Shown in pieces: positions 13,569-26,956 of a stretch of 64,000 bases of DNA. A program made the translations under genes and the position numbers. How positions within the stretch are numbered: the first letter of the stretch is position 1; each line of letters begins with the position of its first letter. A model generated the notes under the pieces. That model ran no database searches and was not told where the DNA came from. It saw only the letters and a program-made list of their open reading frames with translations. The stretch is from Chiloscyllium plagiosum (taxonomy: Eukaryota), in contig NC_057722.1 of assembly GCF_004010195.1 (NCBI RefSeq), positions 65,789,932-65,853,931 of the forward strand. Direction: 5' to 3'.

Positions 13569-15415
13569 CTTAGTGAAAAATTAGAGTTTAAAATCGTCAA
13601 CATCATTATGGAGTTGCACAACAAAATCATAAACTATCTGTCTTACTCTGAATTGTTTCAAAATTCTGCCTTTCCTTCATTTGCATCTTCATTGATGTAA
13701 TAATGCAGAGACCATGAGGTCCTAGTGAAGCTGTGCAAAATGAGGGAAAGCAGATCAACAGACCTTTTCACACGATGGATGGAACTTAATTTATCCGATT
13801 GGAGTCTCACCCTCCATCATTGCAACAATCAAGCAATTGAGTATTTTTCTGAACAGCTTGACATTTAAGCATTGAGGTGAGTGGAAATCCTATCCTCTGG
13901 AGCATCAACGGTAGAATCCTTGATTGAGGTACATGTGGGCAGGGGAATGTTGCAGGGCTGATGTCACCAACAAAATAGGAAGGTCCATTGAAAGCAATGG
14001 TGAGATGTGTCTCTCATGATCAACAGTGAGTACCTGTGAATAAGGGACTCATTGGTAGGCTGCTGACAAACCTGACAAGCTTTTCTGCGTAGACTCCCTT
14101 CAAGTCCCTTTATTTGCCTTTGGTTGAATACCTACTTACTAGTGTCAATTGGCCTCTGGATGGGAAGAATATTGTCTACAATATCCCCCCACCCCCAACC
14201 CGCTCATCTTACATTTGATCAGAGGAGGTAGAATGGTGGTGGATACCCATCTTGCACCTTCCACCCAATTGAATGGATCCCTTCCCAGCTCTGAATTCAA
14301 TTGTTGGGAAGTGGGGGAAGGGAACATTAATTTCAACCCATTCTTTCTTTTACGTTGACATCAACATTTTTCTTTTGCATTTTTATTATCGAAACAAGAA
14401 CCACCTTTGTTTTTGGTAACAGGAAACACACCAGATTGACTATGTCATTTATCAATGCATCTCAGTCCCAATGTTTGATGTTATACTGACTAAGCATAAA
14501 GCTTGTTGCGATAGCTTGAGTTGTGAAAGGCTTTATATAAATGTGAGTTTTATTTTCTTATTGTTAAATCTGATTTATTAACTTCATAAATATTCTTAAA
14601 TGGAAACAATTATTTTCAAACCTCAGTTTAATGTAAACAATGCATATCATTTGTTTTGGCATGCTGCATTTATGGTATTTTCTGACTAAAATGTATAAGT
14701 CACTGGATTTAATTCATTTTGTAACACCTGTAGTTTACCATATTCTTATTACTATGATTAAACTATTTCAAATCCTGTTTTCTTCCTCTACTCTCGTTGC
14801 ATGTAAAATTCACTTTTGCAACTTTTACTAAATCTCAATCAGTTTCAGGACTTAAATAATAAAAATCCTTGTATCTTCTTTTTGTCCTAAAAAGCCTGTA
14901 AAAGCACAAACAATTAAACTGCCCTCAATGTGTGGGAATCAAGCAAAATCCATCAGGGAATATTTGGGACTAGGTTACAGCACTAACTTAAGAAATTCCT
15001 GGTTGCCTGATCCCTACCCCCATCCCACCCTGCAACATGCCCCAGATCTTTTACATGGAAATCAAGGGAGAGGTGGTTGAATTTTGAACAGTGAAAACAC
15101 CAAGTTGTCCTCCCTGGGATAGCATGGCACTCTACTTCAAGTCCATTGGTGAAGATCCACACAGAATAAAAGATGATGTTTGATGCTCTACGCTGATGAG
15201 GCATCCTTCTGATAACTCTGCAATCTCTTGTAGGAGGATACCAATGTCCATGAACCCATCATTACCACATGAATCTATTTCTGCTGATTTCTGACCCTAC
15301 ATCATATCTTCTCTTTTGCTCCATCTTTTATAACCTGTACTGAAGAAATCTATGAAACTGCAGCATCATTGAAATTCATACATTTCAAATTAATTTACAA
15401 TGCCTTAATATTTAC

Positions 15416-16252
15416 CTGCCAAGATTTCAAGTTGAAGATACTAGCACAAGTTTGATTGCCAAATGGGCCATTCCCATTTTCACATGAATGTAAATTGTGA
15501 AGGGAATGAGCTATTGCATATACTGCTTTGTATACATTGTATGAAATTCTTAACTCTGATACTTCAGAATATATATTGTGAATATTGTTCAACTTTTCTG
15601 ATCCTGTGCATTTTTTCCAAGATACCTTTGATGCTGGTTGCACTTTGTATTCGATGGTTGTCTGAAAAGAACAATTGAAGATTGTTTCCCATAATTCTCT
15701 CACAAAGGGGTTCTTCAGAGATTTGGAAGGATGGGCTTGAAGAAGGAAATTCTTCAGGCCTTGAATTTCAGCTTTGTGAATTGCTAACCCTATTGTCCCA
15801 CTCAAAGTCAGGATGTTTTCTTTTGTTGCTATCAACGCAGATGTAACCCAGGCCTCACTGGCTATCCATTGTCGACCAGTGAGATTTTGCCTTACAATCT
15901 CTCTGATTAAAGGGTATGCATCTCCCTCAAGAGCAAACATGACAATGACCCTTGCAGTAGATGTCTTGATGGTCTCTGTTATTTGAAGTATCCTTTGCCT
16001 GGAGTACACCTTTGGAATTACTTCTGTAAAAGCAATGCAAATGCCAAGTTTTCTGACTGCGTCACTGAATGCTTGAATTCCATTATGGCCATAGTCATCA
16101 TCACCTGCGATCGAACCAATCCAAGTCCAGCCAAACCGCTTCACCAGTTGAGCAACACCTTGAGCTTGGTGGGCATCACTTGGCATTGTTCTGAAAAAAG
16201 CTGGGAACTCATTTCTGTTACTGAGACAAGTGCAAGATGAGAAGTAGCTGAC
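15416..16252 (-). CDS. V2R/OlfC gene A, exon 3
   Basis: Acceptor CCACAG|; VSYFSSCTCLSNRNEFPAFFRTMPSD...FGWTWIG...DDDYG...WIASEAW...SYNVYKAVYAIAHSLH...WQ; donor CAG|GTAAAT; 837 nt open. Confidence 0.96.
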
Positions 16253-16947
16253 CTGTGGAGAAAATAATTAAAAGTATGTAAAGTTTAATTTAAAGAAAAG
16301 TGCAAAATAAGAATAGAGCTAGCAGAATGAATGAGATGTAGAAATCGCGTTAGAACGATACAAACCTTTGGAAGGCATTGAAGAAAAAATTCTACCTGGA
16401 GAGTAATGGTTGATGTAAAAAGCATGGATGCTTTTAACAGATACTATAATGAGTTAAGAACCTGAGGGAGAAAGCAGTAGTGGATACATTGACGGATTGT
16501 AGTGAAAATAGTTGGAGGTGGCTCATGTTGGGCCTAATGGCCTGTTGCTGTGTAGTATATTCTATGTTATTTCATTTATGTCACACTATATTTACATAGG
16601 AAAGGGGCACTTGCAACAAAAATCAAAATTCCAAATGGAATTTACAAAGTGAAATGAAAACATCATTTTGGAGGGTGATGATGTGCCCAGCGTCAGTTGT
16701 GCCCATGAAGCACAGAAGTACGGCCTTCTCCACATTACGAATATTAAACAACTACCTTATGCCAACATTAAGAATCTCACTGGATGATTTCAACTATTTG
16801 AATCCCATATGAAGCCATTATAGTTGTCTACTGATTGCTCCTTGACTAGTTGGTTAACAACAGTTTTTCCTTGGTCCTGTGTTTGGATAGCTGTTTACTG
16901 CCAGACAAGTCATTCTCTGAATGGTTGTCAATCACCTCCAACTTGTG

Positions 16948-17210
16948 GCTGGCATGGTGGCTCAGTGGTTAGCACTGCTGCCTGACAGCATCAAGGTCAT
17001 AGGTACAATTCCATTCTTGGGTCACTGTCTGCTTTGGTTTCTTCTGGGTGCTTCAGGCTTCTGCCACAGCCCAGAGATATGCAGATTAGATGGATTGACC
17101 ATGCTAAATTGTCTATGGATGTGTAGGTTAGGTGGATTAGCTATGAGAAATACAGGAATTGGGTGAAATTGGGCTGAATGACCTGCTTCCACACTGTAGG
17201 GATTCTACGA
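16948..17210 (+). mobile_element. HE1-type SINE
   Basis: GGCATGGTGGCTCAGTGGTTAGCACTGCTGCC head and matching tail. Confidence 0.8.
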
Positions 17211-17492
17211 ATTCTTCTGACAAAGTTCAGGTCAAGGCATGCATGCAGGTTCAAGTGAAGCTGACTTGTGATCAACATACATATTTTCAACTCTCTACTT
17301 GTCATTACATTGTAGTCTAACTTGTAGTATTTCTCTGCTTCTGACAGTTATTCCACATCCTTTGTCAGCCATGTTATCTAATCTAATAGATAATAGCATG
17401 ATCTTTTTCAAACATAAAATCAACAGGATTTAAACTGATGTAGATAGGTTCTGCTTCTTCTGGCTCCTCTGGGTCAGCCAGTTCCTCTAGAT

Positions 17493-17709
17493 CTGAAAAT
17501 GTGTTGCTGGAAAAGCGCAGCAGGTCAGGCAGCATCCAGGGAACAGGAGAATCGACGTTTCGGGCATAAGCCCTTCTTCAGGAATTAAGAAGGGCTTATA
17601 CCCGAAACGTCGATTCTCCTGTTCCCTGGATGCTGCCTGACCTGCTGCGCTTTTCCAGCAACACATTTTCAGCTCTGATCTCAAGCATCTGCAGACCTCA
17701 CTTTCTCCT
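17493..17709. mobile_element. Young fold-back Penelope-type insertion (gene A intron 2)
   Basis: Near-perfect inverted arms of about 87 bp; 14-bp TSD CAGTTCCTCTAGAT at 17479-17492 and 17710-17723; nearly identical to the element at 48455. Confidence 0.85.
17550..17585 (-). ncRNA. Minimal hammerhead ribozyme motif, sense to the gene A pre-mRNA
   Basis: ATTC-CTGAAGA-A-(GGGC ttat GCCC)-GAAA-CG-TC^-GATT; core intact, stem I weak. Confidence 0.6.
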
Positions 17710-18924
17710 CAGTTCCTCTAGATACCTTGGTGTCTTCACCAATTAAGTTATCAGGTCAAATGCAGATATCTTTTCTGCTTGTGAGACATTGTTGTTCCTG
17801 CAGCACTGACATTGGGTTTTAGCAGGAGTTGTTTGTTTTCTCGGTGTAGATCTGTTGAATGCCTCTCTGGAATGATAAAGCAAATAATATTTTTGCCCTC
17901 TTGAGGTAATGTTTGTTTTCCCCTCTCAAGATCTCTCTCAGGGCTGTAAGTCATTTTTGTTTCTCTTTTTAGCAGGCTTTGAAAAACTTTGTCTAAAGTT
18001 AAATTTTCCGTGGACTGTAAAAAATCTGACACAATTTCATCAAAAGTCCAACAATATTTCTATATCACGTGAATCCTGTTTTCAAAGTTCCAAACCATAG
18101 TTTTTGTTAATATGTAGGGGTGCCATTCATTAAATTGTCTACAATATTCTCCTGGAAGCTGAATTCATTTTGTTAATTTTGCTCATTTGAGAATTATATT
18201 TGTTCTTAAATTGAAATAACTATCAAAAGCTTTAAGATATCTTCAAACCTGTTTGAAAACTCTTTAGTATTTTACCTAATAAAGTATTCTGCATGGATAT
18301 AAAAGTGGACTTAACTAACTTAAATCTCAGTGTTCAAATCTGAGGCAATGCTATATCTTAAAAACTGTCATGCACATGAAATCCAATCTTATGCACTCCA
18401 TGGCCCATCTCTGACTTTGAATCTGTTATGAAGAATGATCCATATTTTGCTCATCTTGCTAATTATTTTTTACCGTGCAGCTTTAAATCTGTACTGTTTC
18501 AGCATTGCTTTAAACTTGCTCTTTCATATGTTTGTCTTCTGATATTCACCAACGCTTTTTCAATTGAATCACTGTTGACTTACTAAACTCTGTCCTATGG
18601 CCTTCGTAAGTCTTCCTAATAAAATTGTGGCTTAATTATTGAGTCCTGGCCCCTTAAAATAATTTTTATTTTCAAATTTCCCTTCTTCTATTAAACATTC
18701 TAGATTTATTTCTTAAAGCTTGTTAATTTTCAGTTAATTCTGAAGCCTTTCTGATTCTATAGCCCGGGTCTAAATTTCTTTTCTGGCCCTTTCACTATTT
18801 CTTTCTTCAAAGACATGTAAAAGAAATTCTCTTTCAATAAAGAATGTTATTTGTGGGAGTTTGCTGAGAAGAACACTGCTTTCAGAGTTAGCATCAATGA
18901 CTAGTCATTAAAAGTTATTGTACT

Positions 18925-18943
18925 CTAACCCTAACCCTAACCC
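18925..18943 (+). repeat. Short telomere-type repeat (TAACCC)3
   Basis: CTAACCCTAACCCTAACCC. Confidence 0.7.
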
Positions 18944-19043
18944 GAAAATGCTTTCGATGTCCGAAAGACAGAAAAGCTCATTCTTTTACATTTTCCTTTT
19001 ATGAATTGTGGACTGAGGTTAATATTCATAATCATGATCTCAC

Positions 19044-19335
19044 CATTGGAATATTGAAGGACATCATTGTTCTTGCTACCACCAAAGATTGTGTTGACCC
19101 TGCATCGCCAACTATCACAGGGATCGAAGAAGAACCCACACAGTTGTATTTGAAGACATCTTCATGTGGACCACTGGCTAATGTTAATGCTGCTCTTAAT
19201 GAATGAGAAGGTGTAGTACAGGTATCATAAATGTTATAACCTAATGTTATATTTGGCAGGAGCACTGGATCCTTGTTTATTTCTTGTAATGCAAAAATCA
19301 TGGTCTGCATCCAGCGAAAAGACCTGGAATTGAAA
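19044..19335 (-). CDS. V2R/OlfC gene A, exon 2
   Basis: Acceptor TTCTCAG|; FRWMQTMIFALQEINKDPVLLPNITLGYNIYDTC...GDAGSTQS; donor ATG|GTGAGA; 292 nt restores frame. Confidence 0.95.
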
Positions 19336-19439
19336 CTGAGAAATATATGTTCATTTATTAATTACTGTTTTACAATTTCAAAGCTGAGAAAATTTTGCAT
19401 ATTATATTATAGCAAATGTAAATGACATACCATCATCAA

Positions 19440-20190
19440 CGGAGGGGAAAAAATAATAAAGAAGCACATTATCTATTTGGTGAAATATTGCAATGCTCTG
19501 AGAAGCAAAAAGACCTTGGAGTCCCATTGCGTGAAACACACAAGTTAGTAGGCAGGTATAGCAAGTAATAAATAACGCTAATAGGATGCTATCATTTTAT
19601 TACAAGGGTAATTGAATGCAAATGTAGAATGTTATGCTTTAGTTACATACAGGACACTGGTGAGACCACATCTGGAGTCGCTACAGTTTTGGTCACCTTA
19701 TTTAAGAAAGGACCTAATTGCATTTGCAGCAGTTCAGAGATGTTTATTCAACTATCTCTGTGTACTGTGTATTGACAAAAGGCTGGGCAGGATAGGCTTA
19801 TATCTGCTGGAGTTTAGAAGAGAAAAAAGTGACTTTAGGAACATGGGGTAAATGTGGAGATGATGTTTCCTCTCATGGGATAATCTCAAACTAAAGGAGC
19901 TACTGTTCAAAAATCAGAGGCTGTCCATTTAAAGAGTGTTGAGGTGTCTTTTTATCCTCTCAGAGGGATGTGAATCTTTGGAACTCTCTTCCTGACATGG
20001 TGGAAGCAGAGTCTTTGAATATTTTTCAGACATTCTTTCTAAGGATTTTTCTTAAGCAAGGGGCTGAGTATTTATCAGAAGTAGATGGAAATGTAGATTT
20101 GAGGTAACAATTAGATTAGCCTAGATTTTATTCAATGGTGGAGCAGTTTTGAGGGACTGAATGGCATACATCTACTCCTTTTTTATATTT
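19440..20190 (+). mobile_element. CR1 LINE 3' fragment
   Basis: YRTLVRPHLE...QFWSPYLRKD; GLYLLEFRR. Confidence 0.8.
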
Positions 20191-21194
20191 ATATGTTGAC
20201 AGGAAATGAAAATATTTAACTACCACTTTCCAGACAATGAATGATATTAATGACTACTAAAATTATTAATAATTTCCAGTTTTGTTGTATTAATGGTGTT
20301 AGAATGACTTAGTTAATAATACTCTCATCTCTAAATCAGAAGCTTATGAGCAGGATTTTACCAGCCACTATGGTTCACACCTTCACTGGCTAAAACATCT
20401 GGGAAACTCTGCACATAATCCCAATGGCTTCTCTGCAGAATTTAACATTGGGAGCTGCTTTGTGAAGAGACTTGCACCCCTTTCACGGAAGCAAGTCTTA
20501 TCATAGAAGTATGTCAGTCAATCAGATGGCCGGCAGTTCTGTACACCCAGCAGTACTAGCCACGTGGTGGGGCCACGGAGAGTTGCACCACTCTCAGGAA
20601 CTCAGGTCAGTTGGAGTTGAGAAACTTGGCAAAATAGTGAGGGAGGGTTGGGGGCTTGTTTCAACAAGCTACAAGAATGATTAGTAGGGGGATTGACATT
20701 GGCCGGGATGGGGCCATAGGAAATCTCCACCATTAACGACCCCACACCAGCTGGTGTTGGGTTTCCTACATGGTATTGGCCTCAAAACATTCCCCTTTAC
20801 CCGCCCAAGGCCCTGTATAACATATTGATTGATGCTGATTGAGATTCTTAAATGTTGGGCAAGCCACCTGATACATACTTCGCTGCATTAAACTTCAGAT
20901 GAGCAGACAGGAAGGGCATCCATTGGATTTATATGCCACACTTCACCTTTTAACACTCCAGCAGGGAAGATAACCTCTTCTACTCACCAGTTATTTATGC
21001 CGTTATCTCCCTGCACTGTGCATCATTTTTCTTGTGTTATTTTATCAGTCTTGCCCTATCTTGCCCTATCTGTCCTTTCCTTGTTCCCAATTTCACTGCT
21101 ACTGAAATTGCTTAAAAGTTATTCATCTCTAAAAGGTTCCAGTTTTGATGAAATGTTTCCAACTAGATGTGTCAGCTCTGTTTCATAGAAATGT

Positions 21195-22676
21195 AGTAAA
21201 CAGAAGTAGGAGTAGGTCATTCAGCCCTTTGAACCTGCTCTGGGCAATCAGTATGATTATGGCTGCTCAGTGCCCTGTTCCTGGATTAGCCCCATACCTT
21301 TTGATCCCTTTAGCTCGAAGAACTATATCTAATTTATTTTTGGAAACATTCAATGTTGTAGCCCTTAATGCTCTTTGTGCCTGAGAATTTCACAGCTCTT
21401 TACTCTCTGAGTAAGAAATTTCTCCTCATTTCAATCCTAAATGGCCTATCCGTTATCCTTATACTTTGACTATGAGGAACTTTTGAGGACTCTGTGACTA
21501 TACTTGATGGAATTTAGAAGGATGAGATTGATCTAATTGAAACTTACAGAGTACTGAGTGGCCTGGACAGAATGGATGTTGGGAAGAAGTTTCCAGTGCA
21601 AGGAGAAACTAGGACCCGAGGGCACAGCCTTAGAGTAAAGGGAAGATCTTTTAGAATGGAGATTAGGAGAAACTTCTTCAGCCAGGGAGTGGGTGAATCT
21701 TTGTAATTCATTGTCATAGAAGGCTGTGGAAGCCAGATCATTGAGTATATTTAAAACTGAGATAGCTAGGTTCTTGCTTGTCAAGGGGATCAAGGGTTAC
21801 AGAGAGAAAGCGAGAGAATGGGATTGAAAAACTTATCAGCCATGATTGAATGGCGGAGTAGACTCAATGAGCTGAATGGGCTAATTTCTGCTCCTATGTC
21901 TTATGGTCTTCTGTTCTTATGGACCCCTGATTCTATGCTCCTCAGTCATCAGAAACATGCTTTCAGCATTTACGCTGTCTAGTCCTGACAGAATTTTATA
22001 GGTTTCTATGAGATCCCTCTCACTTTTCTAAACTCCAGTAAATATAGTCGAAAACAATCTAGTGTCTTTTGATATATCCTGCCATCCCCAGGATCAGTTT
22101 GGTAAACCTTTGTTGCACTCCCTTCATAGCCAAAACATCCTTCCTTAGAGAAGGAGACCAAAACTGCCCTATACAATTATAGTAAGACATCCATTCACTC
22201 AAATCTTCTTGCTGTGAAAACCATGTACTATTTGCTGTCTTCACCACTTGCATACTTATTTTCAGCAATTGGTGTATGAGGATACTTAGGTCTTATTGTA
22301 TCTCTCTTTTCTCAATCTATCAGATATAATCTGCCTTAATCTGCCTTAATATAATAAAACAAAGAACTATGGATACTGGAAATTTGAAACAAAAATAGAA
22401 GTTTCTAAAGAAACTTAGCAGGTCTGGCAGTATCGGTGGAGAGACAGCAAAGTTAATATTTCGGTTTCAGAGACCTTTTTTCAGAAGCTAATGGTCTGCC
22501 TTTCCTACTTTTGCTACCAAAGTGGATAATCTCATGTGTCTACATTGTATTTCACTGCATACATTTGCCCACACACTCACCTTGTCCAAATCACACTGAA
22601 GCATATTTGCATCCTCCTCACAGTTCACCCTCCCACTCAACTTTGTATCATCTGCAAACTTGTTGAGTGTTCCCAA
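21195..22676 (-). mobile_element. CR1 LINE 3' fragment with a nested plus-strand CR1 end (about 21500-21910)
   Basis: NKFADDTKLSG, QFWSPSLRKD on the minus strand; opposite-strand insert with its own TCTTATG tail. Confidence 0.85.
22350..22488 (-). mobile_element. Penelope-type terminal fragment with decayed hammerhead, nested in a CR1
   Basis: Same terminus as the other copies (AGCAGGTCTGGCAG); minus strand TT-CTGAAAA-A-(AGGTC..AACC)-GAAA-TA-TT-AAC. Confidence 0.6.
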
Positions 22677-23274
22677 TGACTTCTGGTGTTATTTCTTTGA
22701 ATGTGAGTCCTGTGACAGTTGTCTCTAAGTAAAGATTGAACTGTTACACCTGAATGTACGCCTGACCATGTAATTAACTTTTAAGCACTGACTATACATC
22801 AAACCTATACAGCTGAAGTAAAGCTTTTAAATTCTTTAATTCATAATGCTAATAATTGAGATATAATCTGTCATCTGAATATATTTCTCCGTAGATAGCT
22901 TTGCATAACTTAAGTTGGCTTTATATCTGCACTAATCAGCTCCATTTTTTCATATGTCCTTGGAGACAATAAGATGAAAGTAAAATCTTGCTGATTAAGT
23001 GCTTATCTATCTCCTGAGGCAGCTATGCAGTGACTTTGTCAGCACTGTTCAAAGAGTTCTATATTTCATCTGACTTCAGTTGAGCCATTATTTGTAGATG
23101 CTGTTGAATGTTTTGCTTAACAAACTCATCAATACACAAGTAAGTTGCAATTTTAACATAGTAATAAAAACTTAATGATACAGATGTAATATTTGTAAAA
23201 CAGGTTGGGATAATTTTCCTTTTAGATATGCATAGACAACTGGCCTTTACTCCTCAAATTCCATTAATGTTACA

Positions 23275-23490
23275 CCACCATAGTCTTATCAGACCATAGG
23301 GTGCTCTCTCATTAGAGAGAGAAGTGATTGGTGGTGATTTAACCTAAGGGCCACCAGATCTCAGGCAAGGAAAGAGGTAGAGAAGGAGAGTTCTTCATGG
23401 TAACCTCAAACCAGTGATGGGAAGCAAATCTACACCTTTGGTGTCACACTGCTCTATAAGACAACCATCCAGCCAACTGAGCTAAATCAA
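23275..23490 (-). mobile_element. tRNA-derived SINE, family not named
   Basis: Minus-strand head TTAGCTCAGTTGG (A-box-like) with a decayed B box. Confidence 0.55.
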
Positions 23491-23929
23491 TTCCCAATGC
23501 TGCTTACATGATCAGAACATTCTACCCTGTAACATGAATATTTTGCAAAACAATTTATGGATGGTGAAATTTGACTTGTAGCAAATGCTGCATGTGGTAC
23601 AGTCATATTTGGCTGGCTGCCATACAAGTAACACTTCTGAAGTGACACTGTTATAAAGCCAAGGGAAGTTTGAAGAAATGGAATGGAAAAAGTATTTAAA
23701 TATTAATCTCATAAGTTCCGCATGCATTCATTTTATCTTAAGAAACTCAAATGAAATTACCTTCCAGTCAATCTATTCCACAATAAAATTATGAATGAGG
23801 AAGGATTTTAACGAGCTAATCATTGGCCAAATTTACTAGCTAAATGTTACTGCATTAACTCACTACTCTTGCTTCGGTGTCTATCCTTTCTCAACTTTAC
23901 CTGATCCAGCTTCAACATCCTCCTTCCTT

Positions 23930-25110
23930 GGGTTCACTGTTCCTGTTTCTGGAGAAAAGTCCACTGACTCGCATAAACATCTTAACTACACTTTCTTATA
24001 CTCTGTAGTCTGAAGGGACTCCACTCTTTTCTGCCAGTTTCCCTTTCTCCATCATGCTACCTTCTACAGTGGTGCGTCTGGCATCATGTATTCTTGTTTC
24101 TCAATTGAGAAAACTGCCTCTTCCCACTTTAGTTGACAAGGCCCTTGATCCAGTCCAACCCATTGCCTGCACTTTTGTCCTTACAATTACCCCTCCCTTC
24201 CAAAACCAGAACTGGGGTCTGCCTGGTCCTCACATTCTTCTCCAAATTCAAAGGATCATCCTCTGCCTTTTCTGCCATAGCTAGCACGATGTCACCACTA
24301 AAAAGATCTTCATCTTTCGATCCCCGACAACATTCTGTAGGGAGTATCCTGTCTGCAACATTCTGTCCATTCTTCATCATTTCTATATAATGCAAGAAGT
24401 TACCCTCTTACCTCCTCCCTCATCATTAACCAGGCACAGAATAATCCTTCCAGGTGAATAGTGATTTTTTTTATGTCTTTCAATTTCAAAGATATGTATT
24501 CACTGTCTCAATACAGTTGGGGAGATCAAATGATAGGTTGTGTGACCACTTTGCAGAGCATGTCTATTCAGTCCACAAGTCCAAACTCAAGTTTCTAGTT
24601 GTTTCACATTTCAATAAATCATCTCAATTTTATGCTGACATTTTTGTCTTCAGTCTGCTGCAGTGTGCGAGTGAAGCCCAATGCAAGCTAGAGGAATAGC
24701 ATATAATTTTCCAATTAGGTATTTTATGCCCTTGTGGACACAACATGGAGTTCAACATCCTCAGGCAATGAACTTGATCTTCCAGTTTGAATTTCTTTAA
24801 CAAGTACCAGTCTGTACCTTGTTCTCACATTTTCTCTTTTGCAGAGCTACTCTGGACAACTGCTCTTCTTTTTATTACCATTGTTGCCAATCTAATTCTC
24901 TTTTGTTCAATGACAGGTTTAGTATTTAAACTTCTCATCTTCGAAACAATCCACCATACCCCACTTTTTGGTTTTGTTCAATCTTTTTTCCAACAACATA
25001 AAACCCATCATGTTTCTACCTCTCTTCAGTTCAGACTCAAAACATTAAATCTGTTTTTGCCTCCACAGATGCCACAAGACTGGCTGAGTTTTCCCAGAAT
25101 GTTCTGTTAT
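23930..25110 (+). mobile_element. Old degraded Penelope-like element (RT end, GIY-YIG region, terminal repeat)
   Basis: Decayed coding-like segments such as LGRSNDRLCDHFAEHVYSV and CASEAQCKLEE, followed by the terminus CCACAGATGCCACAAGACTGGCTGAGTTTTCCCAG. Confidence 0.65.
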
Positions 25111-25713
25111 AATTCCTGGGCAACTCCAGTGAACATTTTCCATAAATGTATAATTTGATCTATGAGGCTACAAAGTAGGAAATTTTCCTTTACCTGGTGT
25201 TTAACATTATGATAGTGATAATGCCTAATGTTCCAAGAATCTTATGATTACACATAACTAGATGAAGTATAGGACAATATTGGTAAGTTATTATGATTGT
25301 ATATTATTAAGCATTTTAGCTATATTATCATTGAGTCAAAGAAACTTTATGCTCATAGCCTTTAATTTTCTACTTCCTCACAAAACTACTTGTCCTCACC
25401 ACATTCCCATACTATCACATGCACATATTTTCTCCTTTGATGTGGCAACTGGCCTAGATTTAATAATCATATGTAATAAGATTTCATACCCTAACAATCC
25501 AGTTGACAGAATAAAAACATTCTAACTTCATGTTCTTATAGATATATAAATGCTTGGTTGCATTTGTAAAATTGAAATGTTATCTTACAGCTTGTGTTGA
25601 TTTAGAAAATATCAATAATTTTTGAAAATATTTTCAATGATTATTAACATTTAGCAATCATCTGAGGTGATTTCCAGTTTAAAAACAAAAGGCATCATCA
25701 GATTCTGACTTAC

Positions 25714-25925
25714 CCTTTACAGACTGGTGGAGCTGGTTCTACCTTGAATGACAGGTTCGGTTGGATTGTTTGAAAATGAATAGGAAACAAGCCAGTCAGA
25801 ACAACATCTCCGTTCATAGAAATCCCAGAAAGATCAAACATTCCTTGATGTCTGCATGTTGGTTCAACTATTCCAGCTGTTGCTGTTGTGAAAAGGAGCA
25901 AGCTCAAAGCCAATAGAAAACACAT
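25714..25925 (-). CDS. V2R/OlfC receptor gene A, exon 1 (signal peptide and start of Venus flytrap domain)
   Basis: ATG at 25925; MCFLLALSLLL signal peptide; GDVVLTGLFPIH class C GPCR motif; donor GG|GTAAGT; 212 nt, phase 2. Confidence 0.93.
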
Positions 25926-25970
25926 TTCTGTATTTCCACAGCATTAACTGTGACTCTGTTTCTTTGCATC

Positions 25971-25980
25971 CCCATTTATA
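25971..25980 (-). promoter_or_regulatory. Putative TATA box of gene A
   Basis: TATAAATGGG about 45 nt upstream of the ATG; the same 10-mer precedes gene C. Confidence 0.55.
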
Positions 25981-26956
25981 CACTCACTAGATTAGTTAGT
26001 GCCAAGTGAATTGATGGTTGATTAAATATTGCCAGCAAATGCTACTGCAGAGCTCAACAGTACCCAAGCCACTAAATCTTCCATACCTCATGGGAATAGA
26101 TATTACCTGAAGAATTCACATTATTATGGTTTATATATCCATGGATAAGGGCAATGAAAACTTGTCTTTGTCTGAGTCATATCTTGTAAACTAAGAGGTA
26201 AGAGCCTCTGCCTTCTCCCCAGAAGGCTGAGTAGGCTTACACAATGCGCAACTGAATCATAAAGTCAGGGACCCACAATTGCCTCTGCATTGAATTCATT
26301 AACATTAACCAACACTGTAGCTGCCCAGGAAGGTGCACATTTTCATTATGATCCACTCCTCTTTTAAAAACACTGCAAAGCATTTCAGGCAAAATGAATT
26401 GACTTTCTTTTTCACCACAGTGACTTATTATTTAGGCTAAGTTGTCATTTTGCTGCCATAAGTTTCCTTGATAGCTCACTGGACTCAAAAAGTTAATTTT
26501 GAATCCTTTTCAAAGGGGAGGTTCTTAAAAATAAGGAAGTCCAGAGATAATCTTAGAAAATTTGCAATGTTCTAAGATTTTTGTCCACTTGCAGTTTCGT
26601 ATTATTTTAGACTGTGAGAATGCTGTCTCATTATATATCTGATCTATGCGTTTCTGATTGCATTTGTGTAAATTTAAAATGATAGCATAGTTTTTTTCTT
26701 GAGCATTTTACCTCATCAGCACTTCACAGGACCACTGCAATTACAGCAAAGAAAGACAAACATAACAACATCATGCAAATGCCATCATCTCAAGGTCTGT
26801 CCAGATCAGAAAGCAATCTCACTGCTCTATGCCATCGATCCATCATCATTACTATCTCAAAATCTGGGAATTCCTAACCGAACTCCAACGCCACGTGATG
26901 GTTCAAAGAAATAATCACACCACTAACTTACAGTGCAACTAGTGGTAAACAATCAA

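Larger units (their letters stand above)
17220..18270 (-). mobile_element. Highly decayed Gypsy/Ty3 LTR retrotransposon gag(-protease) relic
   Basis: Frameshifted minus-strand translation resembling AFDSYFNLRTNII..AK..K.IQLPGE...GFGTLK...RDR.IVG...SDFLQSTENLTLDK, typical of Gypsy gag; interrupted by the fold-back element at 17493. Confidence 0.55.
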
